Source: Microgenomates group bacterium Gr01-1014_5 (lineage in GTDB: Bacteria > Patescibacteriota > Microgenomatia > UBA8517 > UBA10165). From it: 64,000 bases of DNA. The DNA is taken from the NCBI GenBank assembly GCA_007376395.1, contig VMGE01000001.1:89635-153634 (forward strand). The letters are read 5' to 3'. Each line of letters opens with the position of its first letter. The first letter of the stretch is position 1. A program made the position numbers and the translations under genes. The notes under the pieces are model-generated. The model saw only the letters and a program-made list of their open reading frames with translations. It made no database searches and was not told the origin of the DNA. Of this stretch, positions 1-9,333 are shown in pieces.

Positions 1-397
1 TTATCAACGCAAATAAATGCTCTGTGCTTGAATGTACTCCGCCTGTCCCAATTAATCCCAGAAGATGTAGGTTGGAATTATTTTTTTTTGCGTGTTCAAT
101 TGCTGAAATTAGAGTTGTGTTTTTAAAAAAACTTCCGTCAGAAATTGACATGTTGATTCTTAAAAGGTCTTGGTAAACGACACGCCCGGCTCCCAAATTT
201 AAATGTCCGGTTTCAGTATTTCCAACTTCACCTCTCGGCAACCCAACCGCCTCACCTGAAGCCGTAAGAGTGGTGTGCGGATAAGCAGATAAATATGTTT
301 TTAAATTGGGAAGATTTGCCTGACTAATCGCGTTACCAGGAGAAGCGGGAGCTATACCCCAACCGTCAAGAATAATTAATACAACAAAAGGAACCAT
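1..397 (-). CDS. gpmI: 2,3-bisphosphoglycerate-independent phosphoglycerate mutase (iPGM), N-terminal part; the gene runs off the left window edge
   Basis: My minus-strand translation begins MVPFVVLIILDGWGIAPASPGNAI...GEAVGLPRGEVGNTETGHLNLGAGRVVYQDLLRI. This is the classic iPGM N-terminal metal/phosphoserine region. ATG is the reverse complement of 395-397. It is absent from the ORF track because no stop falls inside the window. Confidence 0.8.
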   Translation of the reverse strand, partial: MVPFVVLIILDGWGIAPASPGNAISQANLPNLKTYLSAYPHTTLTASGEAVGLPRGEVGNTETGHLNLGAGRVVYQDLLRINMSISDGSFFKNTTLISAIEHAKKNNSNLHLLGLIGTGGVHSSTEHLFALI

Positions 398-484
398 AAA
401 TTCAGATATTCAGACTACCAGATTTCGGATTATCAGATTTTCAGATCTGGATCTCTGGTAATCTGATATCTGGTAATCAGAGGA

Positions 485-1783
485 TTATACTGATTTAGTT
501 TGAGCTAGTTCAGCTTCAACAGTTAGTAGTCTGTTATACTTTGCTGTCCTTTCACCCCGCGCTGGTGCGCCAAATTTTACAAAATCTGCTTTTACCCCAA
601 CTGCAAAATCAGCAATATACCAGTCGTTAGTTTCTCCGGAACGGTGCGAAACTATTACTTTCCATCCGGCTTCACGGGACATGCGGATAACTTCTAGAGT
701 TTCTGTTATCGTACCTATTTGATTAGGTTTGACTAAAATTGCGTTACACGATTTCTGTTCAATTGCTTTTTTTACTCTTTCAGGATTGGTAACGAGTAAA
801 TCATCACCAACAATTAATATTTGTTGACCGTATTTTTCTGTTAGCAGCTTCCAACCTTCCCAGTCTTCTTCCTGTAAAGGATCTTCCAAAAGGGTTAATT
901 TATATTCCTTGGTTATTTCTTCAAAGTAATCTATCAGGTTTGTAGAACTTAGCGAATTTGAACGATCTCTAATGGTGTACGCACCATCTTTAAAAATAAT
1001 ATTTGCCGCCACATCGAGTCCAAGAAAAAAATCAGAACCAATTTGATATTGAGCGTTCCCAATCGCTTCAAGATTAATCGCCAAAGCGTCTGCGTTGGTA
1101 AAAAGATTCGGCGCGTATCCCCCTTCGTCGCCAACTGAATGAATCGCTCCGCGTTTAATTAAAGATTCGCGGATAAGATAATAAATCTCTGTAGCACCGC
1201 GCAATGCCTCGCTGTAAGGTTTGCTGGTTGCAGGAACAACGAAAAATTCCTGGAAATCAAGATTCCCAGCTCCGTGCAATCCCCCATTAATCATGTTGAA
1301 AATAGGTGTGGGGATTTTTGTTCCTAAATTTTCTTTTGCGGCTCCGGCTGTTGTTGCCAACTTAAAAACCCATTGATAAAGAGACATGTTGGAAGCAAGT
1401 GCTCCTGCTTTATTCACAGTCTGCGAAACAGCAAGAACTGCGTTTGCCCCTAACCGGCTTTTATTTTTACTGCCGTCGGTTTCGATTAATTTTTTATCAA
1501 TTTCCGCTTGTTTTACCGGATCCATACCCACTATTGCTGGTCCAAGCACCTGGTTTACGTTATCTACTGCTTTTAGCACACCTTTTCCGGCAAACCTTTT
1601 TTCGTCACCATCTCTCAACTCCAAAGCTTCAAATTTTCCCACAGAAGCGCCTGACGGAATAGAAGAAACAGCAACTTGACCGGTATCAAGCTGGACTACT
1701 GCTTCAATTGTCGGATAAGCACGGCTATCAAGGATTTCGCGTGCCCATATTCGTGATATTTTTGCCATGTTTGTATCAAACAC
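485..1783 (-). CDS. eno: enolase (phosphopyruvate hydratase)
   Basis: 432 aa. Enolase signature region ...VSHRSGETNDWYIADFAVG... and length are typical. Confidence 0.95.
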   Translation of the reverse strand: MFDTNMAKISRIWAREILDSRAYPTIEAVVQLDTGQVAVSSIPSGASVGKFEALELRDGDEKRFAGKGVLKAVDNVNQVLGPAIVGMDPVKQAEIDKKLIETDGSKNKSRLGANAVLAVSQTVNKAGALASNMSLYQWVFKLATTAGAAKENLGTKIPTPIFNMINGGLHGAGNLDFQEFFVVPATSKPYSEALRGATEIYYLIRESLIKRGAIHSVGDEGGYAPNLFTNADALAINLEAIGNAQYQIGSDFFLGLDVAANIIFKDGAYTIRDRSNSLSSTNLIDYFEEITKEYKLTLLEDPLQEEDWEGWKLLTEKYGQQILIVGDDLLVTNPERVKKAIEQKSCNAILVKPNQIGTITETLEVIRMSREAGWKVIVSHRSGETNDWYIADFAVGVKADFVKFGAPARGERTAKYNRLLTVEAELAQTKSV

Positions 1784-1831
1784 AAGGTTCTGTCCGCAGG
1801 ACAGGTTCTTATAATTTTTACTTCTTACTTA

Positions 1832-4051
1832 TTACTTGTTACTTTTTTCTGCCTCGTATATTACTTTTTGTACTCTGCCTAAAGAATCAGAACTGACAGA
1901 AATACTGCCAATACCCAAGCCAACTAGCTTCTCAATCAGTGTATCATAGACAGAGGCAGCCGAGCCGCAAATAGAAGTTTCGATTTTGTATTTTTTACAA
2001 GCTTTAACAACCTTTTCTAGAGCCCAGAATACTGCGGGGCTTAATTCGTTATACGCCGCCCTAACGTCATTATTATCCCGGTCTGTACCTAAAAGTAACA
2101 TTGTTAGGTCATTAGATCCAAACGAAACTCCGTCAATTCCTGTTCTTAGAAAATCTTCAATCATAATTACATTAATCGGCAATTCGATCATCATCCATAA
2201 TTTAAAACTGGCTCCGCGGTATAAACCTGCGGCGGCCATAATTCTTTTTACATGCAATAATTCTTCTGGCGAGCGGACATAAGGAATCATCATGTGTAAG
2301 TTTTTGTATTTTTCGCGGACGCTGCGCACGGCGGCAAGTTCAAGTTCAAACACCTCAGGGTCTGCGATGTAGCGGAAAGCGCCTCTAAAACCGAGCATGG
2401 GGTTGTCTTCTTCCGGCTCGTATGTTTTCCCTCCCTGCAAATTTCTATATTCGTTTGATTTAAAATCAGTTGCTCTATAAATTACCGGACGCGGGTTAAA
2501 CGCCAAACAAAACTTTTCAATTCCCTCTTTGAGTTTATCTACATATTCTTTTTGTCTTCCTTGCGCAATAACATGACGCGGATGCACCCCAAACTCAGAA
2601 ATCATAAACTCTGCACGTAATAAACCTATTCCAGCCGAAGGAAGTTTTGCTGCCTCTTTTGCTTCTTCGGGTTCAGCAAGGTTCAGGTAAATTTTAGTGA
2701 CAGTTTTAATTTCCTGATTCGGTTTAATTTCCACTTCCAGCTGCTTTTCTTGTTTTTGTTCAGTTTTCCAAGTACTTTCAGTAACTTCACCGTTATTTCC
2801 GTTGAGTGTAACCACCACGCCATCTTTGAGTTTTCTTGTTGCGTTGTCTACTCCAACAACACATGGTATCCCGAGCTCCCGCGTAATAAGCGCGGCATGA
2901 GAAGTGACTCCGCCTTGGTTTGTTACAACTCCTCCAGCAAGCTTAAAAAATGGTATTAGATCAGGAGTTATTTTTTCAAAAACCAGAATCTCTCCTTTTT
3001 TTACTTTTGACAAATCTTTTCTAGATTTAATAATCCTAACATGACCTTTGACTATTCCTGGACTCGCCCCTTGACCTTTTAGTAAAACAGCTTTTGGCTT
3101 GCGGCTTTCAATTGCCAGCTGGTTGCTGTCTGCCATCTGCTGACTGGTTGTTGTTACCGGGCGTGCATGTAAAATATAAAATTGACCGTGAGAAAAGGCC
3201 CACTCAATATCCTGAGGAAAATAATAGTGGGCATGCACCATTTGTAAAATTTTAGCTAAACTTGTAATCTGGTCGACGGTAAGTTTTTGCTTTTTTTGTT
3301 TGCGTGCTGATACCCTTTTAGTGTGTACTGTGTTGCCTGTAAGCACGAGCTGGTATTTTTGGGGCGAGACAGAAATACTTTCTATTTTTAACGAATGTCT
3401 TTCTACTAAATACTTATCAGGAGAAATTTGACCAGAAGTTAAAAGTTCTCCTTGTCCCCAAACGGCTTCAATAAACACTCTGTGTTTATTTCCGTCAGTT
3501 GGATCAATCGTAAAAGCAACACCCGCAGACTCTGCTTCCACCATCTTTTGCACAATAATCGCCACGCCAGCTCCAGTTGACCAGTATTTTTTAACAGTCT
3601 CCAATAAACTGGCTTCTCCTTGAATATTTAGGGAAGTATTTAAATGCCCAAGCGCGTTGGATTTTGCGCTATCTTGACTAACCAGTGATGGACGGACTGC
3701 GACATGTGCTTGTTTAAAAAGTCCTCCTAGTTTGCCGTATGCTTCTAAAATCTCCTCTTTAAGCTCTTTAGGGAAGTTTGCTTTTTGAATAAGTCTTGAG
3801 AAATTACTTGAGGCAGACTGCGTCTCTTTAATATTTTCTTTGTTTACAGTTTTCGCTATGTCTCTGAGAGTTTTATTTAGGTTATTTTGCTCAATAAAAT
3901 CCTCAAAAGCGCGAGGGCTAATCACAAAGCCTTGAGGAATAGGAAAACCTAATTGCGCCATTTCTGAGAGGCTGACAGCTTTCGGGCCTACTTCCTGAGC
4001 GTTATCACTCTCAATTTCTTCAAATCCAAAAATGTACTTAAGTTTAGACAT
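1832..4051 (-). CDS. ppsA: phosphoenolpyruvate synthase / pyruvate,water dikinase family (PEP-utilising enzyme)
   Basis: 739 aa. Phospho-His mobile-domain motif GGVTSHAALITRELGIPCVVG (compare E. coli PpsA [21 protein letters not shown]) and a C-terminal PEP-utilising TIM-barrel region (GSNDLTM). Assignment to PpsA rather than PPDK is by motif similarity and length only. Confidence 0.7.
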   Translation of the reverse strand: MSKLKYIFGFEEIESDNAQEVGPKAVSLSEMAQLGFPIPQGFVISPRAFEDFIEQNNLNKTLRDIAKTVNKENIKETQSASSNFSRLIQKANFPKELKEEILEAYGKLGGLFKQAHVAVRPSLVSQDSAKSNALGHLNTSLNIQGEASLLETVKKYWSTGAGVAIIVQKMVEAESAGVAFTIDPTDGNKHRVFIEAVWGQGELLTSGQISPDKYLVERHSLKIESISVSPQKYQLVLTGNTVHTKRVSARKQKKQKLTVDQITSLAKILQMVHAHYYFPQDIEWAFSHGQFYILHARPVTTTSQQMADSNQLAIESRKPKAVLLKGQGASPGIVKGHVRIIKSRKDLSKVKKGEILVFEKITPDLIPFFKLAGGVVTNQGGVTSHAALITRELGIPCVVGVDNATRKLKDGVVVTLNGNNGEVTESTWKTEQKQEKQLEVEIKPNQEIKTVTKIYLNLAEPEEAKEAAKLPSAGIGLLRAEFMISEFGVHPRHVIAQGRQKEYVDKLKEGIEKFCLAFNPRPVIYRATDFKSNEYRNLQGGKTYEPEEDNPMLGFRGAFRYIADPEVFELELAAVRSVREKYKNLHMMIPYVRSPEELLHVKRIMAAAGLYRGASFKLWMMIELPINVIMIEDFLRTGIDGVSFGSNDLTMLLLGTDRDNNDVRAAYNELSPAVFWALEKVVKACKKYKIETSICGSAASVYDTLIEKLVGLGIGSISVSSDSLGRVQKVIYEAEKSNK

Positions 4052-4140
4052 GGGACAGTAGTAATATCATTTTAGGCTAAGCGAATCCAAATTTCTACTA
4101 ATTTGCATCATACATGAGATAGCAGTATATTAGCGGGAGT

Positions 4141-4668
4141 ATGGCCATAGGTCCCAGTAAAGAACAAGATTCACTTTTCTATTTTGAATCAGAAGTTAGC
4201 TCAATGCCCTTTTTTTCAGTAAGAAACAGATTTCTTCAAGCCACAGATGACGCGTATCGACGAGCATGTGCGAGGAGATTAGCACAACTAGTAGAAAATG
4301 ATCGCTACGCGCGTTCTTGGCTGGAGGATTTTACTGGCGGCGCAAGAGCACTGGTAACCGATTCTGAAAGTTTGGTGCTATTACTTGCTCCATACAATAC
4401 AAATGCTTCTCGTCAAGAAATTTCCACCCTTTACAGTTTATTCGCGAGTTATACCCGAAAAGTAGATTCAAAAAAATTAATTGCTATTGCTCAAATGGGA
4501 AGTATTTTTTCAAAATGGCAAGATCACCTACTTCCCGCTCAACGTTTTGAGATTGCAGAGAGGCTAGGGAGGATAGTGCTTTTAAACCAAAAAGAGCTCT
4601 TTGATACTCCTGATATTACTGCTTCCATGCGTGAGGCAACAAGGAAGCTTATGGGTGTAGCCTACTAA
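4141..4668 (+). CDS. hypothetical protein (175 aa); one of very few plus-strand genes in the left half
   Basis: ORF only; no motif recognised. Confidence 0.4.
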   Translation: MAIGPSKEQDSLFYFESEVSSMPFFSVRNRFLQATDDAYRRACARRLAQLVENDRYARSWLEDFTGGARALVTDSESLVLLLAPYNTNASRQEISTLYSLFASYTRKVDSKKLIAIAQMGSIFSKWQDHLLPAQRFEIAERLGRIVLLNQKELFDTPDITASMREATRKLMGVAY

Positions 4669-4702
4669 TTTACTTGGTTTCCGTTCAAAATAATTAACAA
4701 CT

Positions 4703-4768
4703 AAATTAGCCTCAAAAGGTGAGACCACTTCGGGGCTCAGGGTCTATGACCTGCGAAGCTAATTTTTT
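4703..4768. terminator. putative bidirectional terminator between convergent genes
   Basis: AAATTAGC ... GCTAATTT 8-bp outer stem encloses a GC-rich inner region (ccacttcggggc). A T6 run follows on the plus strand and a T3 run on the minus strand. It lies between the stops of 4141..4668 (+) and 4773..5759 (-). Confidence 0.35.
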
Positions 4769-4772
4769 ACAT

Positions 4773-5759
4773 CTAACCTAATTTTGCTTTGAAGTAGTCG
4801 ACGGTGGAAATACTAATCGTATCTTCGTCATATTCTAAGCCCAGGTAGGCCGTGACCAGACTTGAGAAAAGAAGCGTTTGTATGCTTTGAGTAAATTGAT
4901 CTTCTTGATCAGTGCTCCAACTTAACACTTCCCATCCATTTTTTTCTAATATTTCTTGTGTTATTTTAAATCGCTCTAATATTCTTTCCGGGTAGTGTTT
5001 TCCTAAAAAAATAGCCACAGCTGGAATTTTTGGATGTTTTAAGCCCTCCAGTAAATGGTGATTTGCTTCAGGAAGAGAATAGTATGCAGAAAAAGATTTG
5101 GCAGTTTCATTTAATTGATTGGCAAAGATATGAGCATTTCCTACTAAGTAGTCTGATGCGAAAATAACCGGAAACTTTCCCGTTAATTTTTTAGCAATAT
5201 CTTGTGCATCAGATTTTATTTGCTCAAGATTATCTTCTAAAATATTTATCGCATTTTCCACAACATCTTCTGTGTCGTTCCCGTTAAACAGACCTAAATT
5301 GTGGAAAATTGCAGAGACCCCAAAGATATTATAACCAATTCCCATCCTTGGCTGTTTTGTTGAGTTAAATTTTGGATCGAAAATATAAGCATGAATATTA
5401 TTTGAGTTAAGCCGTTCTGCAAGTTTTCCGCCACTAGTTATTCCAATTATTTTACAACCTTTTTCTATTGCATCTTTTGCGCAAGATAAAACTTCTTCTG
5501 TATTTCCTGAATATGAAGCTAAAACAACTAAAGATTCTTCACTCGCAAAGCTGGGAAGAAAATAATTATTATTAATTACCATTGGAACTTTAACAGAACC
5601 GCTAACTTGAAGTGTGTGTGCTCCAAGCGCTGACCCTCCCATACCGCAAATGACAATATTTTTAATATCCCAATCTTGCGGAAGGTCAACCGTTAAAGCT
5701 TCTCTCCACGCCTGTCTACACTGTTTTGGTAATTCTAATATTGAAGAAATTATGTCCAT
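4773..5759 (-). CDS. SIS-domain bifunctional phosphoglucose/phosphomannose isomerase family
   Basis: 328 aa. ICGMGGSALGAHTL nucleotide/sugar-phosphate-binding SIS motif and a second SIS-like half. Sits among glycolytic genes (gpmI, eno, ppsA). Confidence 0.55.
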   Translation of the reverse strand: MDIISSILELPKQCRQAWREALTVDLPQDWDIKNIVICGMGGSALGAHTLQVSGSVKVPMVINNNYFLPSFASEESLVVLASYSGNTEEVLSCAKDAIEKGCKIIGITSGGKLAERLNSNNIHAYIFDPKFNSTKQPRMGIGYNIFGVSAIFHNLGLFNGNDTEDVVENAINILEDNLEQIKSDAQDIAKKLTGKFPVIFASDYLVGNAHIFANQLNETAKSFSAYYSLPEANHHLLEGLKHPKIPAVAIFLGKHYPERILERFKITQEILEKNGWEVLSWSTDQEDQFTQSIQTLLFSSLVTAYLGLEYDEDTISISTVDYFKAKLG

Positions 5760-5763
5760 TTTT

Positions 5764-5820
5764 ATAATCCGATTGGTTCTATAATCCGATTGGTTCTATA
5801 ATCCGATTGGTTCTATAATA
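5764..5820. repeat. three perfect tandem copies of the 17-bp unit ATAATCCGATTGGTTCT plus a 6-nt partial copy
   Basis: Read directly: copies at 5764-5780, 5781-5797 and 5798-5814, then ATAATA. The array covers the last two codons and stop (TAG, reverse complement of 5813-5815) of the HAD gene. It ends 5 nt before the PGI/PMI ATG (reverse complement of 5757-5759). Confidence 0.9.
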
Positions 5821-6586
5821 ACTCTAAAAGTCTGTCAACAACTTCTTCTCCTCCCAAATTAAGTTTGCCTTCGGTGTGATAATGCGCTTCCATGTGTGTG
5901 GGGTCGGTTGTCACCCCAATTCCTGCTATCTTTACCATAGGCGTGTCGTTCGGGTCATTGCCGATTGCCATAGTTTCTTCAATTGTAATTCCTAAACGGT
6001 CGCACAAAAAGCGCAAACCCGAACCTTTGTTAAAACGCCGTAAATAAATGTCATAAGCCTCATTACTCACCCAATTAACAGCAATTTCTTCTTCAGGGTC
6101 GTGCTTTTTAACAATCTCTTCAATTTGCGAGTCTGGTTGGCGACAATGGACACTAATAATAAATTGCTTCGGCTCAAAGCCTTTGATGTTTTCATTTTTA
6201 CGGCTGTATTCAACCAGGTCTGTGCGGATATCTTCGAGTTTTTCTAATTCTTCTTTTGTTAGCGCTGCTTGTTGTAAAATCTCTCCGTTAATTAAAGTAA
6301 GCAATCCGTTTTCTCCCTGTAAGCTGGCGTTTTCCCATAGTACGGGGCTAAACATGTAGTTTAAATAGAGCAGATTACGACCGGAAGAAAAATTAACTTT
6401 AAAGCTCTTTTTAAGTTTTCCTATCTTAACCAGCATTTCCGGTGAAATAACTTTCGACTTAACTGTTAACACCCCGTCTTTTTCCAGTACTTGGGTTCCG
6501 CGCTCAATTGCTACGCCGTCGGCATCAAAGGAGATAAGTTTGATATTTTCTATGTCGCGGGCGATAAGCTGGGAGATAGGTTCCAT
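5813..6586 (-). CDS. HAD-IIB (Cof-type) sugar-phosphate phosphatase family
   Basis: 257 aa. N-terminal FDADGV (DxDG motif I) and C-terminal AIGNDPNDTPM (motif IV). Confidence 0.6.
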   Translation of the reverse strand: MEPISQLIARDIENIKLISFDADGVAIERGTQVLEKDGVLTVKSKVISPEMLVKIGKLKKSFKVNFSSGRNLLYLNYMFSPVLWENASLQGENGLLTLINGEILQQAALTKEELEKLEDIRTDLVEYSRKNENIKGFEPKQFIISVHCRQPDSQIEEIVKKHDPEEEIAVNWVSNEAYDIYLRRFNKGSGLRFLCDRLGITIEETMAIGNDPNDTPMVKIAGIGVTTDPTHMEAHYHTEGKLNLGGEEVVDRLLELL

Positions 6587-6653
6587 AAGTTTATACTATG
6601 CTGGCTACAATAACATGTCAATACAAGACAGCATATAAAATGCGTAGCGTTTT

Positions 6654-7340
6654 CTATAGATAGGCAACCAGAAGATCAAGTGAAGCTTCTAAATTTTCAG
6701 GAAGCTGGGATCTTTTATTTTTACGGTCTAGTTCGAGGAGTTGCTTGTGAATTCTCAATAGTTTGTCCGACGTAAAATTTTTTGCCTGTTTTTCAAGATT
6801 CCGTTTTTGCCAATCTGGTAATTTTAAGTTTTTAGAATCTGTTAGTAAACAGTAGAGAAGTCTTATTTGTCTGGAAAGCATAATTACCAACATATCCGGA
6901 GAGTTTTCTCTCTTAGCCTTTTGTAACAGCCGCAGTGAGTGTTTTGCATTTCCGGGGATAAAAGAGTCTAGAAAATTAAACAGGATTTTAGGAATCTTAA
7001 ACTCCTCTATTTGTAAATATTTTGCTAAAGAACGCGCGGTTTGCGGTGCAAGAGTTTTCGATTCCCAAAAAAGGAAAGCTGTCTGCGGGTTTGGTTTATC
7101 CAGCAATTCTTTAACTAATTGAACTGCCTTTTTATTGTTTGAAAAATAGTTTTCAACTACTAAAAAGTTCCCTGAGCCAAACATTGAAGCAGTACCCGAT
7201 ATAGTATTTAGATCAATTTTATCTTCCGGTCCGTCTAGTCTAACTATTTCCCAGCCCTGTGTTTCTGCCTGAGAGATAAGTAAAGATAATTTTTTTCTTG
7301 ATTCTGGATGGTTTTCGCCGTGCAATAAATAAGAGTTCAT
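6654..7340 (-). CDS. holA: DNA polymerase III delta subunit-like (HolA), short form
   Basis: 228 aa. Starts MNSYLLHGEN as HolA proteins typically do, with a C-terminal helical region (LSRQIRLLYCLL...). Low-complexity similarity only. Confidence 0.45.
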   Translation of the reverse strand: MNSYLLHGENHPESRKKLSLLISQAETQGWEIVRLDGPEDKIDLNTISGTASMFGSGNFLVVENYFSNNKKAVQLVKELLDKPNPQTAFLFWESKTLAPQTARSLAKYLQIEEFKIPKILFNFLDSFIPGNAKHSLRLLQKAKRENSPDMLVIMLSRQIRLLYCLLTDSKNLKLPDWQKRNLEKQAKNFTSDKLLRIHKQLLELDRKNKRSQLPENLEASLDLLVAYL

Positions 7341-7786
7341 TTTGTTTTTTTAGTCCGTAACATATTAACGTAAACTTCCCGCACTACTCTATCATTCACT
7401 CCCCCTTTATGCCGGTGGGGGACAAGTGCACCGGAAAACGATTTGGGTATATGTAAAAGCTCGTGGATTATAACCATTTCCTGCTGTTCAGAAGTGAGTC
7501 TGTCAAACTTTTCCGAGACAGCCTCAATTACATAAGCAGGCTCTATCTTTAGTGCTTGCTGGAAAATTCTTCCCAACCCCCAAATTCTGGCATATGCTCT
7601 AGTTTTTGCTCCAGTTGAAACGTAACAATAAACTCTCTTTGGATTTATATGCGTAAGGTTACAGGAGATTATGAGGTTAGAAATTCTTTTTTCTAGTTCT
7701 ACAGAATCAAGCCATAAAAGCTGTTCTCTTTTTTTAACCCTTCGGACTTTTCGTACTTTAGGAAACCTTAAAAACTTCAGCGCCAT
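7337..7786 (-). CDS. predicted HExxH zinc metallopeptidase-like protein
   Basis: 149 aa with VIIHELLHIPKSFSGALVPH (HExxH plus a downstream His). Confidence 0.4.
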   Translation of the reverse strand: MALKFLRFPKVRKVRRVKKREQLLWLDSVELEKRISNLIISCNLTHINPKRVYCYVSTGAKTRAYARIWGLGRIFQQALKIEPAYVIEAVSEKFDRLTSEQQEMVIIHELLHIPKSFSGALVPHRHKGGVNDRVVREVYVNMLRTKKTK

Positions 7787-8021
7787 CTTTTATTTGTTCT
7801 GTTGTCTTTAAGCCGACTTCGTCACCGGATTTAGCTTCTTCAACAGACTCATGTTCCACTTGCATTGACTCAACTTCTTGTTCAAAAAGATCCTCTCCTC
7901 CTCGAACAAAACGGATACGGTCGCCAACTTTCAACGAGCCAGTCAAGGCAAGTACAGCAACCCCTATTTTATCGTAGAAGTGTGTAATTTTACCTACTTT
8001 TGTGTCTGCCATAATCTTCAC
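7758..8021 (-). CDS. small beta-barrel protein resembling EF-Tu/IF-2 domain II
   Basis: 87 aa. The G-rich beta-strand pattern KVGDRIRFVRGGEDLFEQEVESMQVEHESVEEAKSGDEVGLK is typical of translation-GTPase domain-2 barrels. Overlaps the upstream gene by 29 nt. Confidence 0.35.
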   Translation of the reverse strand: MKIMADTKVGKITHFYDKIGVAVLALTGSLKVGDRIRFVRGGEDLFEQEVESMQVEHESVEEAKSGDEVGLKTTEQIKDGAEVFKVS

Positions 8022-8044
8022 CCCCTGTTTACTGAGTTTTTTTG

Positions 8045-8530
8045 TTATTTACATTTTTTAATGTGACACATGGCGATAGCGATAGCATCGGCAACGTTAT
8101 CAAAATGTGTCTTTTTGTTTTTCTCGGCTTCTAACCCAAACGTATCTTTGATTACTTTTTGCATCACTTTTTTATCAGCCCTACCGTGTCCTCCAACTGC
8201 TAATTTTATTTGTCCCGGGGCATATTCAGCAACAGGAACTCCTAAATCGGCTGCAGCTAAAAGTAATACTCCTTGTGCCTGGCTAACCCTAATAACCGTT
8301 TTTTTATTAATAAAGAAAAATATTCTCTCGATGGCAACAACTGTTGGTTTGTGTTTTTTTAAAAGAGCAGAAGTTTGTTTATAAATTTCCACTAAACGAG
8401 AACCAGGGTGACCGTCTTTATCCGTTTCAATGAGTCCGTGTGCTAAGAGTTCGGCAACGCCCTTACCGTTTAACCCAACCAAACCATACCCTGTAGTCGC
8501 CGTTCCCGGATCTATCCCTAATACGAGCAT
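8045..8530 (-). CDS. ruvC: Holliday junction resolvase RuvC
   Basis: MLVLGIDPGTATTGYGLV... RNase-H-fold RuvC N-terminus; 161 aa. Confidence 0.9.
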   Translation of the reverse strand: MLVLGIDPGTATTGYGLVGLNGKGVAELLAHGLIETDKDGHPGSRLVEIYKQTSALLKKHKPTVVAIERIFFFINKKTVIRVSQAQGVLLLAAADLGVPVAEYAPGQIKLAVGGHGRADKKVMQKVIKDTFGLEAEKNKKTHFDNVADAIAIAMCHIKKCK

Positions 8531-8554
8531 TATCCCATTCTACCACACGCACTC

Positions 8555-8908
8555 TTAAGTTACATTTTGTATTAACCTTGCCTCTTGTATGCGATTGTTT
8601 GCTACTTCCACTGCCACCACGTCAATCCTGAGAAGGTCTGGAGTGTTTGGGTGTAATAATTTGTAATATTCTCCGGTCTTTGTAATCGATCTTATTTTCC
8701 AATAGTTTACTGCTTCTTCAGGTAACCCGAATTTTCGGTTCCAGCGAGTTTTTACTTCAACAAAAACCAGGGTATCACCGTCTATAGCGACCAAATCGAT
8801 CTCTCCAAATTTGCTGCGGAAATTTCTGTCGATTATTTTATAACCTGCTTTGGTTAGAAGTTTTAGCGCAGTCTGTTCACCAAGCCTGCCTGCTGTAACT
8901 GTGGACAT
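8555..8908 (-). CDS. yraN: YraN/UPF0102 family endonuclease
   Basis: GEIDLVAIDGDTLVFVEVKTR PD-(D/E)xK core; 117 aa. Confidence 0.85.
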   Translation of the reverse strand: MSTVTAGRLGEQTALKLLTKAGYKIIDRNFRSKFGEIDLVAIDGDTLVFVEVKTRWNRKFGLPEEAVNYWKIRSITKTGEYYKLLHPNTPDLLRIDVVAVEVANNRIQEARLIQNVT

Positions 8909-9312
8909 TATTTTTTCTTGGCTTTGCGTTTACTCCGATCCGATCGGAGTTTAGTCTGGGACTGGACTGATTTTTTCTTGGTAATATCCGCCAACTCACG
9001 GGAAGTTTTGGTACGAATATAATAAAGCTTTGCGCGTCTCACTCTGCCTTTTGCACGTACTTCAACTTTTTCGATTAAGGGTGAGGCTAAAGGAAAAATG
9101 CGCTCCACTCCTATCCCGCCAGCTCCAATTCTGCGCACTGTAAAGCTTTTGTTTGGACCAATTCCGCGCACAGCTATAACCATGCCTTCGAAAACTTGGG
9201 TCCTAATCTTTTGGTCTTCTTGGATCTTTTGATAAACGCGGACAAGGTCGCCAATATGAAATTCACTACTGTTATGGGTTGCAAATAATGCCATTGACAC
9301 TAATTGTACCAA
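8908..9312 (-). CDS. rplS: 50S ribosomal protein L19
   Basis: [14 protein letters not shown]...[26 protein letters not shown]...[16 protein letters not shown] is an L19 signature. The true start is probably the internal Met (MALFATH...) about 18 nt downstream. Confidence 0.9.
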   Translation of the reverse strand: MVQLVSMALFATHNSSEFHIGDLVRVYQKIQEDQKIRTQVFEGMVIAVRGIGPNKSFTVRRIGAGGIGVERIFPLASPLIEKVEVRAKGRVRRAKLYYIRTKTSRELADITKKKSVQSQTKLRSDRSKRKAKKK

Positions 9313-9333
9313 ACTGAGGCTGGGTTTAGCAAA

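Noticed and set aside
5764-5820. Possible CRISPR array
   Set aside because: The repeats are strictly tandem with no spacers and only 17 bp long. No other direct-repeat/spacer architecture was seen anywhere in the window.
8908-9312. Extended N-terminus of L19 and of mraZ (52933-53457) as given in the ORF track
   Set aside because: Internal Met codons give proteins of canonical length. For mraZ the extension would overlap its own operator repeats. The shorter starts are preferred, although L19 is listed with track coordinates.
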